The translations under genes and the position numbers were made by a program. From positions 248,001 to 312,000 of the forward strand of contig CT868667.1 of the NCBI GenBank assembly GCA_000165425.1: a stretch of DNA of 64,000 nucleotides, given 5' to 3'. Every line of letters starts with the position of its first letter. Position 1 is the first letter of the stretch. Shown piece by piece: positions 39,077-51,671 of this stretch. This DNA is from Paramecium tetraurelia. Lineage: Eukaryota. Below the pieces are notes generated by a model that saw nothing but the letters and a program-made list of their open reading frames with translations, was not told where the DNA came from and made no database searches.

Positions 39077-41932
39077 ATGCAATTTTTAAGCAGATCTACA
39101 GCACCAAAATTGCCCCTAAATTTAGAGTGTGTGCTCAAACAAAGCAAATAAATCATCGAACTCTAAATCTCTGCTCTTCACCCTGGTCCTGTCGTTCAAC
39201 AGCATATAGACATCTTTTTAAGTGATGTCGAGATGGTAGAAAAAGATCATAAGCGATTCAACTCCCTAGAAGCCATAGTCAAATACTCCATCGCGCATGA
39301 ATACATGAGAATCTCAGGTAAGCTCCTCAATCTCAGTCTTGAAAAAACCTAAGATCTCTTAAAGTCACATCAAATATTTGATTTGTCTTGTGCTTACTTA
39401 TGGATCACAGCATCAGGACCAGAAGAGAGCAAAGAGCTAATTTTCGATTCCAATTTGGATATGCAAGGCATGCCACTCATCATGTATTTAAATTGTCTAA
39501 ATCAATCCGAATAAACCTGTTCTATTGAACAAATCAACAACCATTTAAAAACCACAGACGACCCTGAAGTTATCTATCTACTCCTGAGATTACTCAAGAA
39601 ACATTGCAATCAAAATCAAGCTGATGTTGAAAAAGTTGTTCTAGCAAATCTCGAGAAAATGGAGACTTCATTCCAAGCCAAGTATTGCTTTTCAGAATTC
39701 ATCAATGAATACTATGAAAAATACGAAGTTGGTGTATCTTTTCTAGACTTGTTATTGGCCAACAAATTGGAATAATATCTTCAATCCCCAAGTCTAATTT
39801 TCCCTTATCAATACCAAGAAGAATAAAAGTATCCCCTACTCTCAACTAGAGAGTCTAAATACATCTACAAGATTGATAACTGCGACATGCAATAGGAAAT
39901 TGAACTCTTAAAATAAAATGTAGGTCTGATAAAGGAAGAGGAATTTATTGTGCAGGATGAAACTCTTTAAGAGAAACAATCTGAATCGAGTATATTTGAG
40001 TTAAAATAAAAAATAAATACTCTAAGCAGAAAATTGACAGAGGCTGAGAAAAAGGTCTCAATTTATGAAGAAAAAATAAGTAAATTAGAAGAGGATAAAG
40101 AATTCCTATTATAAGAATTAGAAGAATCAAAACGTCAAGGGTAAATTCATTTTAATGCATTTCGATCGGTAGTAAATGAAAAATTACAATCAACTTAATA
40201 ATAGCCAACCCAATAGTAATAATAATAGTAAATATCTAAATAATCAATATTTTTAAGCAATAAATAAAATTTATTTAAAAATGCTAAAACATCTACTTTA
40301 AAAGCCTCAGTAAATTTTGCCAATATATAACCAAAACAATTACAATTATAATAAATTTAGGAAGAATCACAATTAAAAACTGAAGATGAATTAAAAAATG
40401 AAAACGAAGTTTCAAATTTTGATAAAAAAATTGAAGAGGTAACTTCAGAAAAATGTTTGAATTCTGAGAAATCCATTGATAGTCCTTAAACTCCCCTTGA
40501 AGCAGTAACACCTCATCAATGCAGTCAAGCCAGTCTTTATGCTAATTCACTTGCTACTCCCTCTTCTCAATCCCCTCCAAATAAAAGTGGACCACCTCCA
40601 CCTCCTCCCCCTCCTCCTCCTCCCTTTGGTAAAGCAGGATTCCCACCTCCTCCACCTCCACCACCTGGAAGTGTAAAAAGTTCAAAGGATTTAAAACCAA
40701 AATTTGAGATAATACCGATAGATGTAGCAATGAAGAAAGTTCAAACATGGAATCCAATGCCTGTAAATAAGGTTGAAGGAACAATTTGGGAGACCTTTAA
40801 ATACGATGAAATGAAATTTGAAGTAGGAGAATTTGTAGATATATTTGCTGCCAAAACTGCTATTGAATCCTCCGTGATGCAATCAGGTGTTTTTCAATCT
40901 GTGTATCTAAAAAGAGAACCTATTACTAAATTATCAAAAGGCAGCGGACCAAAGGATCCAAATAGAGCTCAAGCCATTTAAATGGCTTTGAAGAGAGTGA
41001 GATATCCAGTAGAAGAAATACTGTAAGCAATTCGCATAGTAGATGAGGAAAAGTTGACAGAAGACAAAGTGACACTATTGATAGATTGTTTGCCTAAGGA
41101 AAATGAAAAGAATTTGTGGAAGGAAGAAAAAACATGGGATTTTAATGAATTACAATCAAGAATATCCGATTACAGTGATGCTGATAAATTTTGCATGTTT
41201 GTAATGGAAATTAAGTGTTATGAAGAGAGATTGATTAGTTTAAGTGCAAAGTACGAATCATTGAAGAACTAAGTGGTAATAGAAGAATTATTGTTGATGT
41301 TCGATGCAGTGTTTGACTCTATAAAGAAAGATGAGGAAATATTGATTGTTATGAAATACTTATTTTATTATGGATCAATCTTAAATGGAAGCAATCAAGC
41401 TTAAGGATTGAGATTTGATTGCATTCCTAAGGTGACATGTTACTCAGATAAATAGAAGTAATTTGATATTTGGATGTATGTCATAAAGAAAATTGAAGAG
41501 TCAGGATTTGTGATTGATTTGGAGGCTGACTTAACTAAATTGGATACATTGTCGTAGGAGACGAGGAAGATGGATAATTTGTTTGTGTTTTTGAAGCAAT
41601 TTGAATAAAACAAGCATCAAATTGCCTTGGCTAGAGATAGTGATTAAGGAGGTGACGATAGAGCAAAGGAAGTTTTTGGGCAACTTTATAATGAAATCGA
41701 GTTATTTGTGATTGTCCAGAAGGCAAATTTGAAGAGTTTGGAGATCAAATATAAAGAATTATGCCAAATGTTTGGAGAGTCTTCAACCAAGTCAACTGAC
41801 TAATTTATTAAAACCATTTATGAAATCAAAAGAAAGGTGAGAGAAAGGAAACGAATTCTTTTGGAACAAGAAAACTAGAGAAAAAGAAGACAAGCTATGG
41901 AAGAGAAAAAAAAGACAATAATTAAGAAATGA
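39077..41932 (+). CDS. Formin (FH1-FH2), divergent, apparently intronless (~951 aa)
   Basis: Coiled coil, poly-Pro tracts P11 and P8 (40592-40666), FH2 lasso MKKVQTWNP..GTIW, DPNRAQAIQMAL, GSILNG..AQGL, MFGE. Confidence 0.85.
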
Positions 41933-42158
41933 TGTAAAATTTTTCTACTTGATTTCACATATTTTTCACATATTATTCAATTAATAATAACACTATTATT
42001 AGAAATTCACCATTTCGTTTTGGTATCCCCTACTTATTCTGCTAACCCAAAAATATCTTCTTATTAACAAGTGTATATGATTTACAACAATATTATTATT
42101 AAAATGAACTTAATTACATCACGTGATTAAATTCTAAATAATTTATTTAGATAAAAGT

Positions 42159-44624
42159 ATGTTAAGAATTTTGGTTCTTGGATTAATATAAGATATAATA
42201 CTAGGCTCAAAGATATTTTATTATCATGATCCTGGCAATGATATTAGCAAACCACGAACTCATGCGAAGATCTCAAAATCTAGTATATATAATGGTGATT
42301 GATTGTAGACACAATAATTGACTTCTACTTTGAATTTAGTGAAGACTAGAAAGAAGTTACAATGATGATTGAGATTGATAAGATTAGTTACTTTTCGTTA
42401 GGTCTAGGAAAATCGATGGGCGATGCAGATCTTTGGGTATTCGAGATTAGTAACAATGTGATTATTGGATCAGATTCACATTGTTCTAAGCATTAAAGGC
42501 CACCAACTGATGTTTCTACAGGTGGAACAGATGATATAGAAATTTTGGGTTATTATTATAATCAAAATGGGAAGAGTGGAGTGAAATTTAAAAGAAAATC
42601 AATCACAGGTATAATTGAGTAATCTATATCAAAGGGGACAAATACGACAAGGAATTGGCATAAAAGAAGGGTGTTGATTTTATTTGGGCACATGGCAAAA
42701 ATGATTAAAGTTTGGAAGTATCAAATCATGGTAAAACTAATTATGGCTATGTAAAAATCGATCTCATTGATAAAGGAGGGGACATTGATGTGATTATAGA
42801 AAACGATAGCAAATATTATCAATTACACAAATGGACTAACTTTAGTTGTTGGGGTGTGGCTAGTGATTTGGCCATAATCGTGGGAAGATATTTTAAGACT
42901 TGGGGATATAGAACATATTTGCATGGATTTCTGTTCATTTTGATAATTAGTAGTTCCTTAACAACAGCTATATTCATGTTGAGCAATGATTGGGAGATAT
43001 TGGAATGGAAACATTTCAAAGAGGAGCCAGCCAAAAATAAATTCCATATAGTATTTTTTATTACATTGTCTGTCCTCATGATCGTTCAATGTATAGGTGG
43101 TATCATGTATAATATGATGCTAATATCTCATAAGATAAATAAATAAGTATCAATTAAACCCTCAATTCATGCTATTGCTGGAAGCATTGTATATGCAATA
43201 GGCAAGTTATAAATAATCGCTGGGTTATTCATGGATAACGACATTAGGCTTATGCTTATTCTTGGAGCAGTCTTAACTATTCGTTTCATCCTCGAAGTGA
43301 TATATCAGAGAGGAACTCTGATGGTAATGACCAATGGCAATTCCAGTAGTTCTTACTTCAAAAAACACAAAGTTCTTCCTGATAAAGAACCTTTGCTACT
43401 CAATATAAATCAAAGTAATTTCGAAGAAATGGAAGTGTAATCAGATAAATTGTGGTGCATATTTCATAATCAAATTATTGACTTATCATAGATGATTCAT
43501 CCTGGTGGCAATTACATCTGGAAATTAATTTAAGGCTAAGATATTACCAAGTATGTTCTCGGAGCATATCCTTTGCCTCAACTGAAACTTAAACCTTACG
43601 CTCATACTGTATATGCATTCAAGGCTTTATCAAAATATAAGACTGGTGTTTAGGTCAATCAAGACCTAGAACTATTCTATGATAAAACCACTCAAAGACC
43701 AATCAAGAAATTAAAAGCCATATGGACTTTAACTTCAGTCAATCCCTTCACAGAATTGATTGCTAAATTCGAATTCACCAATCCACAATTTCAAGTTAAA
43801 ACTGTCTTCAATGGATTAGACACGTTTGGAGCATACTTCATTATCAAATCAGATGATAATAACGAAATTCATTAAAGACAATACACTATGGTACTAAGCA
43901 TGACTAATCAAAGAGTAAAATACAGAAAAGATATTCTTGAGTTATACAAAAGGATTCTCAATTTACAACCTATCCAAAAAGAAATACCAAAGTTGGAAGA
44001 AATTGAAGATTAACTTCCCTTAATTATTAAGAAATATGAAGCTAAAAATGGGTTTTCTAATTTTTTACATGAGGACAATAGATAAGGTTAATATATTATT
44101 GAGGGTCCTTTTGGAAATTCTATTCAACTTGAAAACAATACCAATCTGATCTTCATCGCTGGAGGAACTGGATTGTTTCCATTCTTAGACATACTTGACT
44201 ATTAATTGAGAGTTTCATACATTCACATTCTTAAAATGAAGCTTGGCCAAGAGGCAGCTAATTTAATAGATTTAGGGATCAAAGAGATAAAAAATTTTAC
44301 AATCACAATGTTTCTAGCAGTCAATTCTATTGATGATTTGGTAATTATATTTATATAATATAGATTGGAAGAGACATCTATTTTGCTTTGCTTTCACTGC
44401 AGTAATATTTGGATTCTCCTAATTTTAAATTAATTGTGAAAGGCAACTTTAAATTAAAAGAATGTCCAGTCGTTGAAACTCGATTTACACAATAGACATT
44501 TATGAATCATATAACTGATATGCAAGGCTAATCAACATATTTCATTTGTGGTCCACCAAAGATGAATGTAGAAGTTGAATAGATCTTAAGAGAAATGGGA
44601 ATTATGAAAATAATAGTATTGTGA
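42159..44624 (+). CDS. DOMON - cytochrome b561 - cytochrome b5 - FAD/NAD(P)H reductase fusion protein
   Basis: Signal peptide; DOMON YFSLGLGKSMGDADLW, FKRK..GDKYD, IWAHG..SNHG; five TM helices with four His; b5 IHPGG..YAH; reductase RQYT, GFSNFLH, GPFG, IAGGTGLFPF, ICGPPKM; three tiny introns. Confidence 0.9.
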
Positions 44625-45075
44625 TATTAAAAGAAATAATTATTATAATTATTTATAATAATATTATTAAATTTAATTAATTTAGTTTAACAATTATTCA
44701 ATTTACTAATGATTTTTCCAATAGAGTGACTAATAAACACACTCTTGGAATCTATTATAAATTTATATTATTTCAGAATGCTTCATGATCATTGATTATT
44801 TCACAAGAAGTTCTTCTAAATATAGCCATAGTCTTGTGATCCTGCTCCTTGATAATGAATTCTGCCTTTTAAATTTAATTAATTTCAACAGAATGATATT
44901 CACGATCATCACAAAATTGCAACACATTAAAGTCATAACTTCGTATTATAAGGTTCAAAAATAAGAACATTTTAAACCACAAAACAGCCAATTTTGAAAA
45001 TAAAACTTTGCATTTTATCAAATAATAATATTCTAGTGATTTAGATAAATTGATTAACTTCTAAAATATTATTAA

Positions 45076-45952
45076 TCATATTATATCATCAATAGTTTAA
45101 TAAATTTCATAATTATGCCCTGATATTAGTTAGTTTAATTCTTTCTCTTTTTATTTGAAAAGATCAAAAGTATTTGACCTGTCCTCTGACTGTACTGACT
45201 TCTTAAATTCCTTAATGGCTTGACTAAGGGTGATTAATTTGGACCTTTTAAGATTTTGCTGAATTATATAAGTCATATATTTATACATGCCTCTAAAGCA
45301 TCTTAGAAATAGGTTATTCTTTTGGTAGATTATTGTTGAATTACCTCTGGAGTTCTGATTAAATGACTTACATGAGTTCGTGATCAAAGTTTTTAGAGAT
45401 TCTCCCGAAAGAAAGTTTTCCCATGGTTTTTTATTTTCTTTAGGCTTTTGGAGATTATTAGAAAAAAGGAGGAGGTGAAATATGAGGATGAGCCAGTATG
45501 GGAGGCAACTCATTCTTTTATCTTCCATGATGACTGACTAACCTTTTCGGAGGTTACACTTGAATTTCCTTCTTCTCTTCTGCTACTAAAGTAGGTTATG
45601 AAAGAATTAATTGCTCATGATGGCTTTTATTATTTATCATCTTTGAGAGACTCTAATTACATTTGCTACAATCAATAATCGATGTTGTCTGATGAGTCAG
45701 AGACCTTTAAGTATCACTCATGGGCAATTCAAAAAGAGGTTTCGGATGCTTAAATTTGGGAATTTTGGAGCTTACTTATCTTAAACCAAACACTTAAAGA
45801 GTAAATGCATTAATGATACTTTCTAATTTAGTAGGGTGTTAAATAAATAATTCTCCCAAGCGCTATTTAGTGTCTGTTCGAGCAGAAATGAATTCAGCAT
45901 GCTCAAAGTTATTATCCAAAGTTAACATTCGTTTTGAAGATTTTTGTTCCAT
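45076..45952 (-). CDS. Hypothetical protein
   Basis: ATG 45952, open under code 6 with one 28-nt intron, TGA at 45076-45078; no recognisable domain. Confidence 0.6.
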
Positions 45953-46605
45953 TCTTCTTAATATATAATAATTATATCTGTAATTAAGCAATCAAATCAA
46001 AATATTCACTAAAAGTAATTCAGATTCTCTATGAGTAATCCACATATCATTAATAATCATCAAATTCTTATACGTTGCTTATTACATAATCAATACTTAA
46101 CTAAATCTACACCTTATAGATATTAAGAAATCAAAATATAACACATTATTGATTATATAAAACATATTTATTATAATATTTTATTTTATCAGTACATATA
46201 GTCCTTTAAATTGTATGAAATACAAATCTAATATATCAGAATTGACATTTGTAGTATTACTTCAGGAATTCTCAATCACTTATGTATTATTTGAATTTAC
46301 AATGATTTTGAATTCTAGATTACAACACAATAAAATGGAATATAATTGTTTATTTTATCTATTTTCATAATAAATATATTAAAATAACCAAGAATAATTA
46401 ACATTAACAGTATTTTCAAGCATAATAAAATAAAAGGTAGTAACTGAATATTCAAAACAACAAGAATAACATTGAGATTAGAGTAGATTTCCTAACTATT
46501 AAAATTTTAGATATCAATATTTTCAAATCCAAAAATTATGTACAAATTAGATAAATATATAAATACTAAATTTAATCATTGATTTATAAATTAATATTTT
46601 ATTTA

Positions 46606-47312
46606 ATGGCATCATTCATTCAGACTCTCTTAACTAAAATTCTTCATACACTATACGTGATTCCATCAACTATCTACGACATGATCATCTCAAATTTCTT
46701 AACAAAATACAGCTATGAGAGACTAGTCTTTTATATGAAACCCAAAGAAATCCTAAAAGAATCCTAGATATTGGAGTCGGAACAGGATCTCCCCTGAAGC
46801 ATATATGGAACTAATTACCGTAAAATTGTGAGGTCTTAGGAGTAGATATTGATCAAGCCTATGTCTTAAAGGCAAATAACATTTTTAGAAATTACAATTT
46901 AGGTGGACGCAAATTGGAAATCAGATATCAAAATTTTTATGAAGTGACTGAAAAGAAGGAAGGTAAATTTGATGCAGTTGTCTTTTCCTCATCCTTTATG
47001 CTTATGCCTAAGAGAATCGAAGCACTTGAATTGGCCAAATCATTGCTCAATCCTGGAGGATCAATCTATTTCATATTGACTCTACAACCTGACAGCAAGA
47101 AAAACTCCACTTTCCTGTAATTTGTTGAGTACATCAAACCCAAGATCAAGTATTTCACAACTATTGATTTTGGATCAATCACTTATGAAAAAGAGTTTGA
47201 GACATTGCTAAATAAGAGTCAATTGAAAGTTGTAAACAAAGAAAAATTGAATAAAGATTTCAATATTCCGACCAAAATTTTTAGAGTGTTTGTTTATGAA
47301 ACCAAAGCTTGA
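46606..47312 (+). CDS. Class I SAM-dependent methyltransferase, frameshifted near 46720-46760 (possible pseudogene or sequence error)
   Basis: Motif I ILDIGVGTG, VLGVDID, FDAVVFSSSFMLMP, LLNPGG. The N-terminal ATG frame differs from the motif frame. Confidence 0.8.
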
Positions 47313-47382
47313 GTAATTATTTTATCAAATGGAAAAAATTATAAATTAATTGATAAGCATCTCTTTAAATCAATATCTGTTT

Positions 47383-47814
47383 TCATCCTTAGAATTTGAT
47401 ATTTTTTCCATTTTTTCTTTTCGGAACTGGAAAGAGATAACCTCCATCTGCAGATTAAGTAACATTTATGTCCTATTTATTTTTTAAAATGCCCTTCTTA
47501 GAAATTGACCTTTCGCTTACAGGAGGAATTTCAGGTACTCTTTTAGAGATTATTGAAAAATGGTTTCCCAGTTTCACTAATTGACTAACAAGTTTCGCCC
47601 CTTCCTACTCACAACTTGGAGTAATTACAATGGTTTGAATATTAGAAATTTGGATTCCTTCTTCCAAGGATTCCTTAAGCAATTTCACTTGCTGGAAGTC
47701 ACCTATAATCGTCTAGTTGATATTTTAAATGCCCATATATTGTGTGCTTACCTAAGGGAAATATAAATCTTCAAAAGTAGTGTCTTTTTAATTAGAAATG
47801 CATGAACTTCCCAT
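47383..47814 (-). CDS. Small acylated protein with candidate PP1-docking motifs (143 aa)
   Basis: 432-nt intronless ORF; starts MGSSCIS; contains KKGILKNK and terminal KNIKFQG. Confidence 0.65.
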
Positions 47815-48327
47815 CTATATATTTAATAATATCCAGTTATCTTTTAATTATTAAATAATTATAGAATAATTTTAAAACTGAAGCAAGCCACATGAGAAAG
47901 ATAATCTTAAATAAGTGTAAATTGTATAAATTGTAAATAAAAAGTAAGAGAACTAAATTAATTTATAAATAAAAGAAAAATAAATTAACTAAAAAGTCTT
48001 CCTTGAATTTATAAACATTTTTGAAATCAAAAAGATTGTTTAATGAGATAATTAAATTAATATTAAATTTTCAAGAGGAATTGTTCTACATCATCTGGGT
48101 TTCTTAATCCAGAATTAATATTACTGCATTCGTGTATAATCTAAGTATTCAAGCCGCCATTTTATACATTATGAAATGTATGACACTAATAATTTAAATT
48201 AACATGAAAAAACGCTTTCTCAAATTATAGGAACGAAGAATATACAAAGTTTGTTTCTGTATAAATTATGTAAAATAACTATTCATTAAAAAGTAATTGT
48301 TTGTAAGTATTATTATTATAGAAAGAC

Positions 48328-49157
48328 ATGCAGTAAGTAAATTTTGAGAATCAAATTTAAAAAAGTAAGGAGTGGTCTACATTGCCTTATGATCAATTCA
48401 ATAAAAATAAAATTGAGAGCAATTTAGAGCATGAGGGAGTGGAATTGCCTCCACCTTAACTTATGAATATGATGTATTTATTTAATCTATTTTTAGGAGC
48501 TACTTGTCAGATAAGTTCGAGGAAGAGTTAGAATCCCCGATTAACATTAAGTTACAAACAGAGAACCATTAGAACCAATAAGAAGATGTTTAAATCGATA
48601 AAAACATTGAAGGGCCTATCATTTAAATTTAAGTTTAGCCATCGAAACCTGATGATCATTTCATTTCTACTTTAGAACAAAGAAGTAGAAGAATACGCAA
48701 ATAAAACATAAATGCTAATTTGCAAAGAAACTATGAGTATAATTAGGAATCTGATCTAAATTCCCAATCTAATGAACACACTATGAATCCTTGTAATTGC
48801 TCTAAGTCTAATTGTCTTAAGTTGTACTGTCAATGTTTCCATTAAAATAAACAATGTACGGAGCTTTGCAAATGTTTGGATTGCAAGAATTGTGATTATC
48901 ATACCTAAGTTAGATAGACGGCATTAGAGAAAATTAAGATGAAGTCCTAGAGATAAAAACATGATAATGATCTCTTTGACCTATCCAAAGTGTGGGGTTG
49001 CAAATGTTAAAAATCCCAATGTTAAAAAAACTATTGTGAATGTTTTAGGAGAAATCAAAAATGTAATTCAAGTTGTAGATGCAAGGATTGTGCTAATAAG
49101 AAAAAAATACCAAATTAATTTAAGAAAAAGAAGAAATTTGAAACTGCTACCAATTGA
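48328..49157 (+). CDS. Tesmin/TSO1/LIN54-like CXC (CRC) domain protein
   Basis: [34 protein letters not shown] and GCKCQKSQCQKNYCECFRRNQKCNSSCRCKDCAN; basic C-terminal tract. Confidence 0.92.
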
Positions 49158-49393
49158 AATACTAACTTATATAACAGAAAATTAATCTGTTAAAATAAAT
49201 TATTATAATATCAATATACAGCAAATTAAGCAAAAATAGATCATCTCTATAACCTGATTATTGATTACATATGTATGAGTAAATATAGCCAAACTTATTT
49301 TTATAAAGTATAGATGAATAGGTAGTTATTATAATTAATTTTTGTTAATAAATTTTTTTTTTAAAGCTGTTAAACAATAATTTAAACAATATT

Positions 49394-51566
49394 ATGAAAC
49401 CTTACTAAACACCTACATCATGCCATTCTCGTAAGGGCAGTTTAAAGGTTCAACGTCAACCTCTTTAGGTAATTAGCAATTGTCCGGAATACCAACAGTG
49501 TGCTGATTATTTACAAGATAAAGTTTAAGGATTGGAGTTGAGAGTCAAAAATCTTAATAGTTAACATGCAGATAGATCGGCTACTAAGTCGAAAGTGGAT
49601 ATCCCTCTATCGCCCTTTATGAATTAAAAGAAGGCTTGCTAATCTAATTAAAAAATCGATTCTCAGAGTTTTTATGAGACCATTATCAACAAGAGATTAG
49701 AGAACATCAGCAAGATCGATCACTCTCCCAAACATGTAAAGACTGATTAAGCCTTCGCCAATTAAGATAAGTATTCAACACATAGTTAGTTTTCTAATTT
49801 AAGCCATTATTAAAGTAAATTGCATAATAACAGCATTTTGAGAATACAACAATTGACTAAAAAGCTAAGAAAGTTTAAAATGATTAAGGATTAAAATTAA
49901 GATGAATGTGCACCTTCACTTGCAAAAATTAAATGCTTTTGTTAGGAACATTGTAATGATTGTTTCGATTTCTACAGATGCACAGATCTTGTCACTTTGA
50001 AATACTTCATCTATTTATTGCTATAAGAGATTAATACACTTTACAGTTAGGATGCAATCAAAATGGCAGACAACTCGTTATAGTATCAACAACAAATTGA
50101 AATGCTCAAAGAACAATTAGATCATTAGAAATCTGATTAATTGACATTTTAAAATTAGCTCAGATTGTAGAAGATGGTTGTAGATACGTAAAAATTAATT
50201 TAAGACATCATCAATGCCTTGTCATCCAAATAAAATCATAGTTTATTAATAAATTAAGTAGAAGTCTTAAACAAGCAAATGAAGGATCTCAAAGATAATA
50301 TGTCTACAAATCAAACTCAAAATTATCTCTCTTAGAATACAACTTCATTTGGACAATAGCTTGCTAAATGTGGATTCGATACAAATTAACAACACTAAAT
50401 TATGACCAATGAAAGTTCCTTGATAAATTAATCGAATTACAAGACTTAAACTAGAGATGATAGAAATTAGTCATAATTGAGTTCCAAATCCAAATCTCCT
50501 TATTACAGAAACTAAAAAAATCTTAATTTTGATATTGAAACATCTAATGAATAAAATAAAAGGTTATTAGATGAATAAACTATTGTAAATAGACAATTGA
50601 TGGAGAACCTATTTAAATTGTAAACTGAAAAGTAATCCAGTGATTTCAAGGTCATTCAGCTATAAGATGAAATTAAATAAAAAACTAAATTAATTAAAGA
50701 CCTAGAAAAGAACATGTACTCTGAAAATTCAAATACCTATAACAATCTTAATTAAAGAATAATTGATATCAGCAAAAATTTAGATTAGGTATTGATATAA
50801 AACTAGGAATTGACTTATGAGAATAATCACTTGCGTGAAAAGTAAGATGAATTCAAATAGGCTGAAGAAAAGTATTATGATTTGTAATAAGACTTCAATA
50901 AGTAGTACTAGTAATTAAATGCAGTGTTAAAGGATAATTTCAATCTACAAAAATAACATCAATAAATTGAAGTATTTATATTCATCATTAATTAGAGTGA
51001 TTGCAAAAGCTATTAATAATAAATCAAAAAACTGTAAGACAAATGCTAACACCATTAAACTTATCTCGAGAATCATCATTAAATTGAGTATATGGAGTAG
51101 TAAATCAAAGAATTATAAATCCAATAATAGGAATAGAATAAAATAATAGTAAGTTTCTTATCTATTTCTTCAGACTTTGATTACAGATGAAGCATTATAT
51201 CTAGGATAGATGACACTTTATGCTTGTGACATTTTATCTAGATAACCGATTGAAGGCATACCTACTACTCTTTTAATGCTTCAAAAAGATTTAAACGCAA
51301 AAAAAGGTACCATATAATAGAAGATGAACATTCTCTAGTAATTTGGAAATAACATGAAAGATCAAGAGCCTCACAACAAACACTAAATTTTGGAGAGTGT
51401 AGATTATAGGGAGAAGCTGAATAGTGAAACTTCTACTCTAAGGTAAAAGAACGCTAGTTATTATGATGAAACTTCAAGTACTGTAAATTAAAATAATTAA
51501 TAAAATGAATTAATGACCATGTTATTACTTTAATGTAATATCATTGAAAAAATGATGGAATTTTGA
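49394..51566 (+). CDS. Long coiled-coil protein, function unknown
   Basis: Q/K/E/N-rich code-6 frame with several tiny introns, ends LLLQCNIIEKMMEF-TGA; internal exon structure not fully traced. Confidence 0.7.
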
Positions 51567-51671
51567 AATGTTTAATAATTCAGATCATTGATTATGACAA
51601 TCTATTTATATTTCTAGTTTTATAAGATTTAAATTGATATTCAACATTAATTAAATAATTTTTATAAAATT

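Noticed and set aside
44640..45070. Possible small minus-strand ORF between the redox fusion and the hypothetical gene
   Set aside because: Competing short frames with no recognisable motif; cannot be supported from sequence alone.
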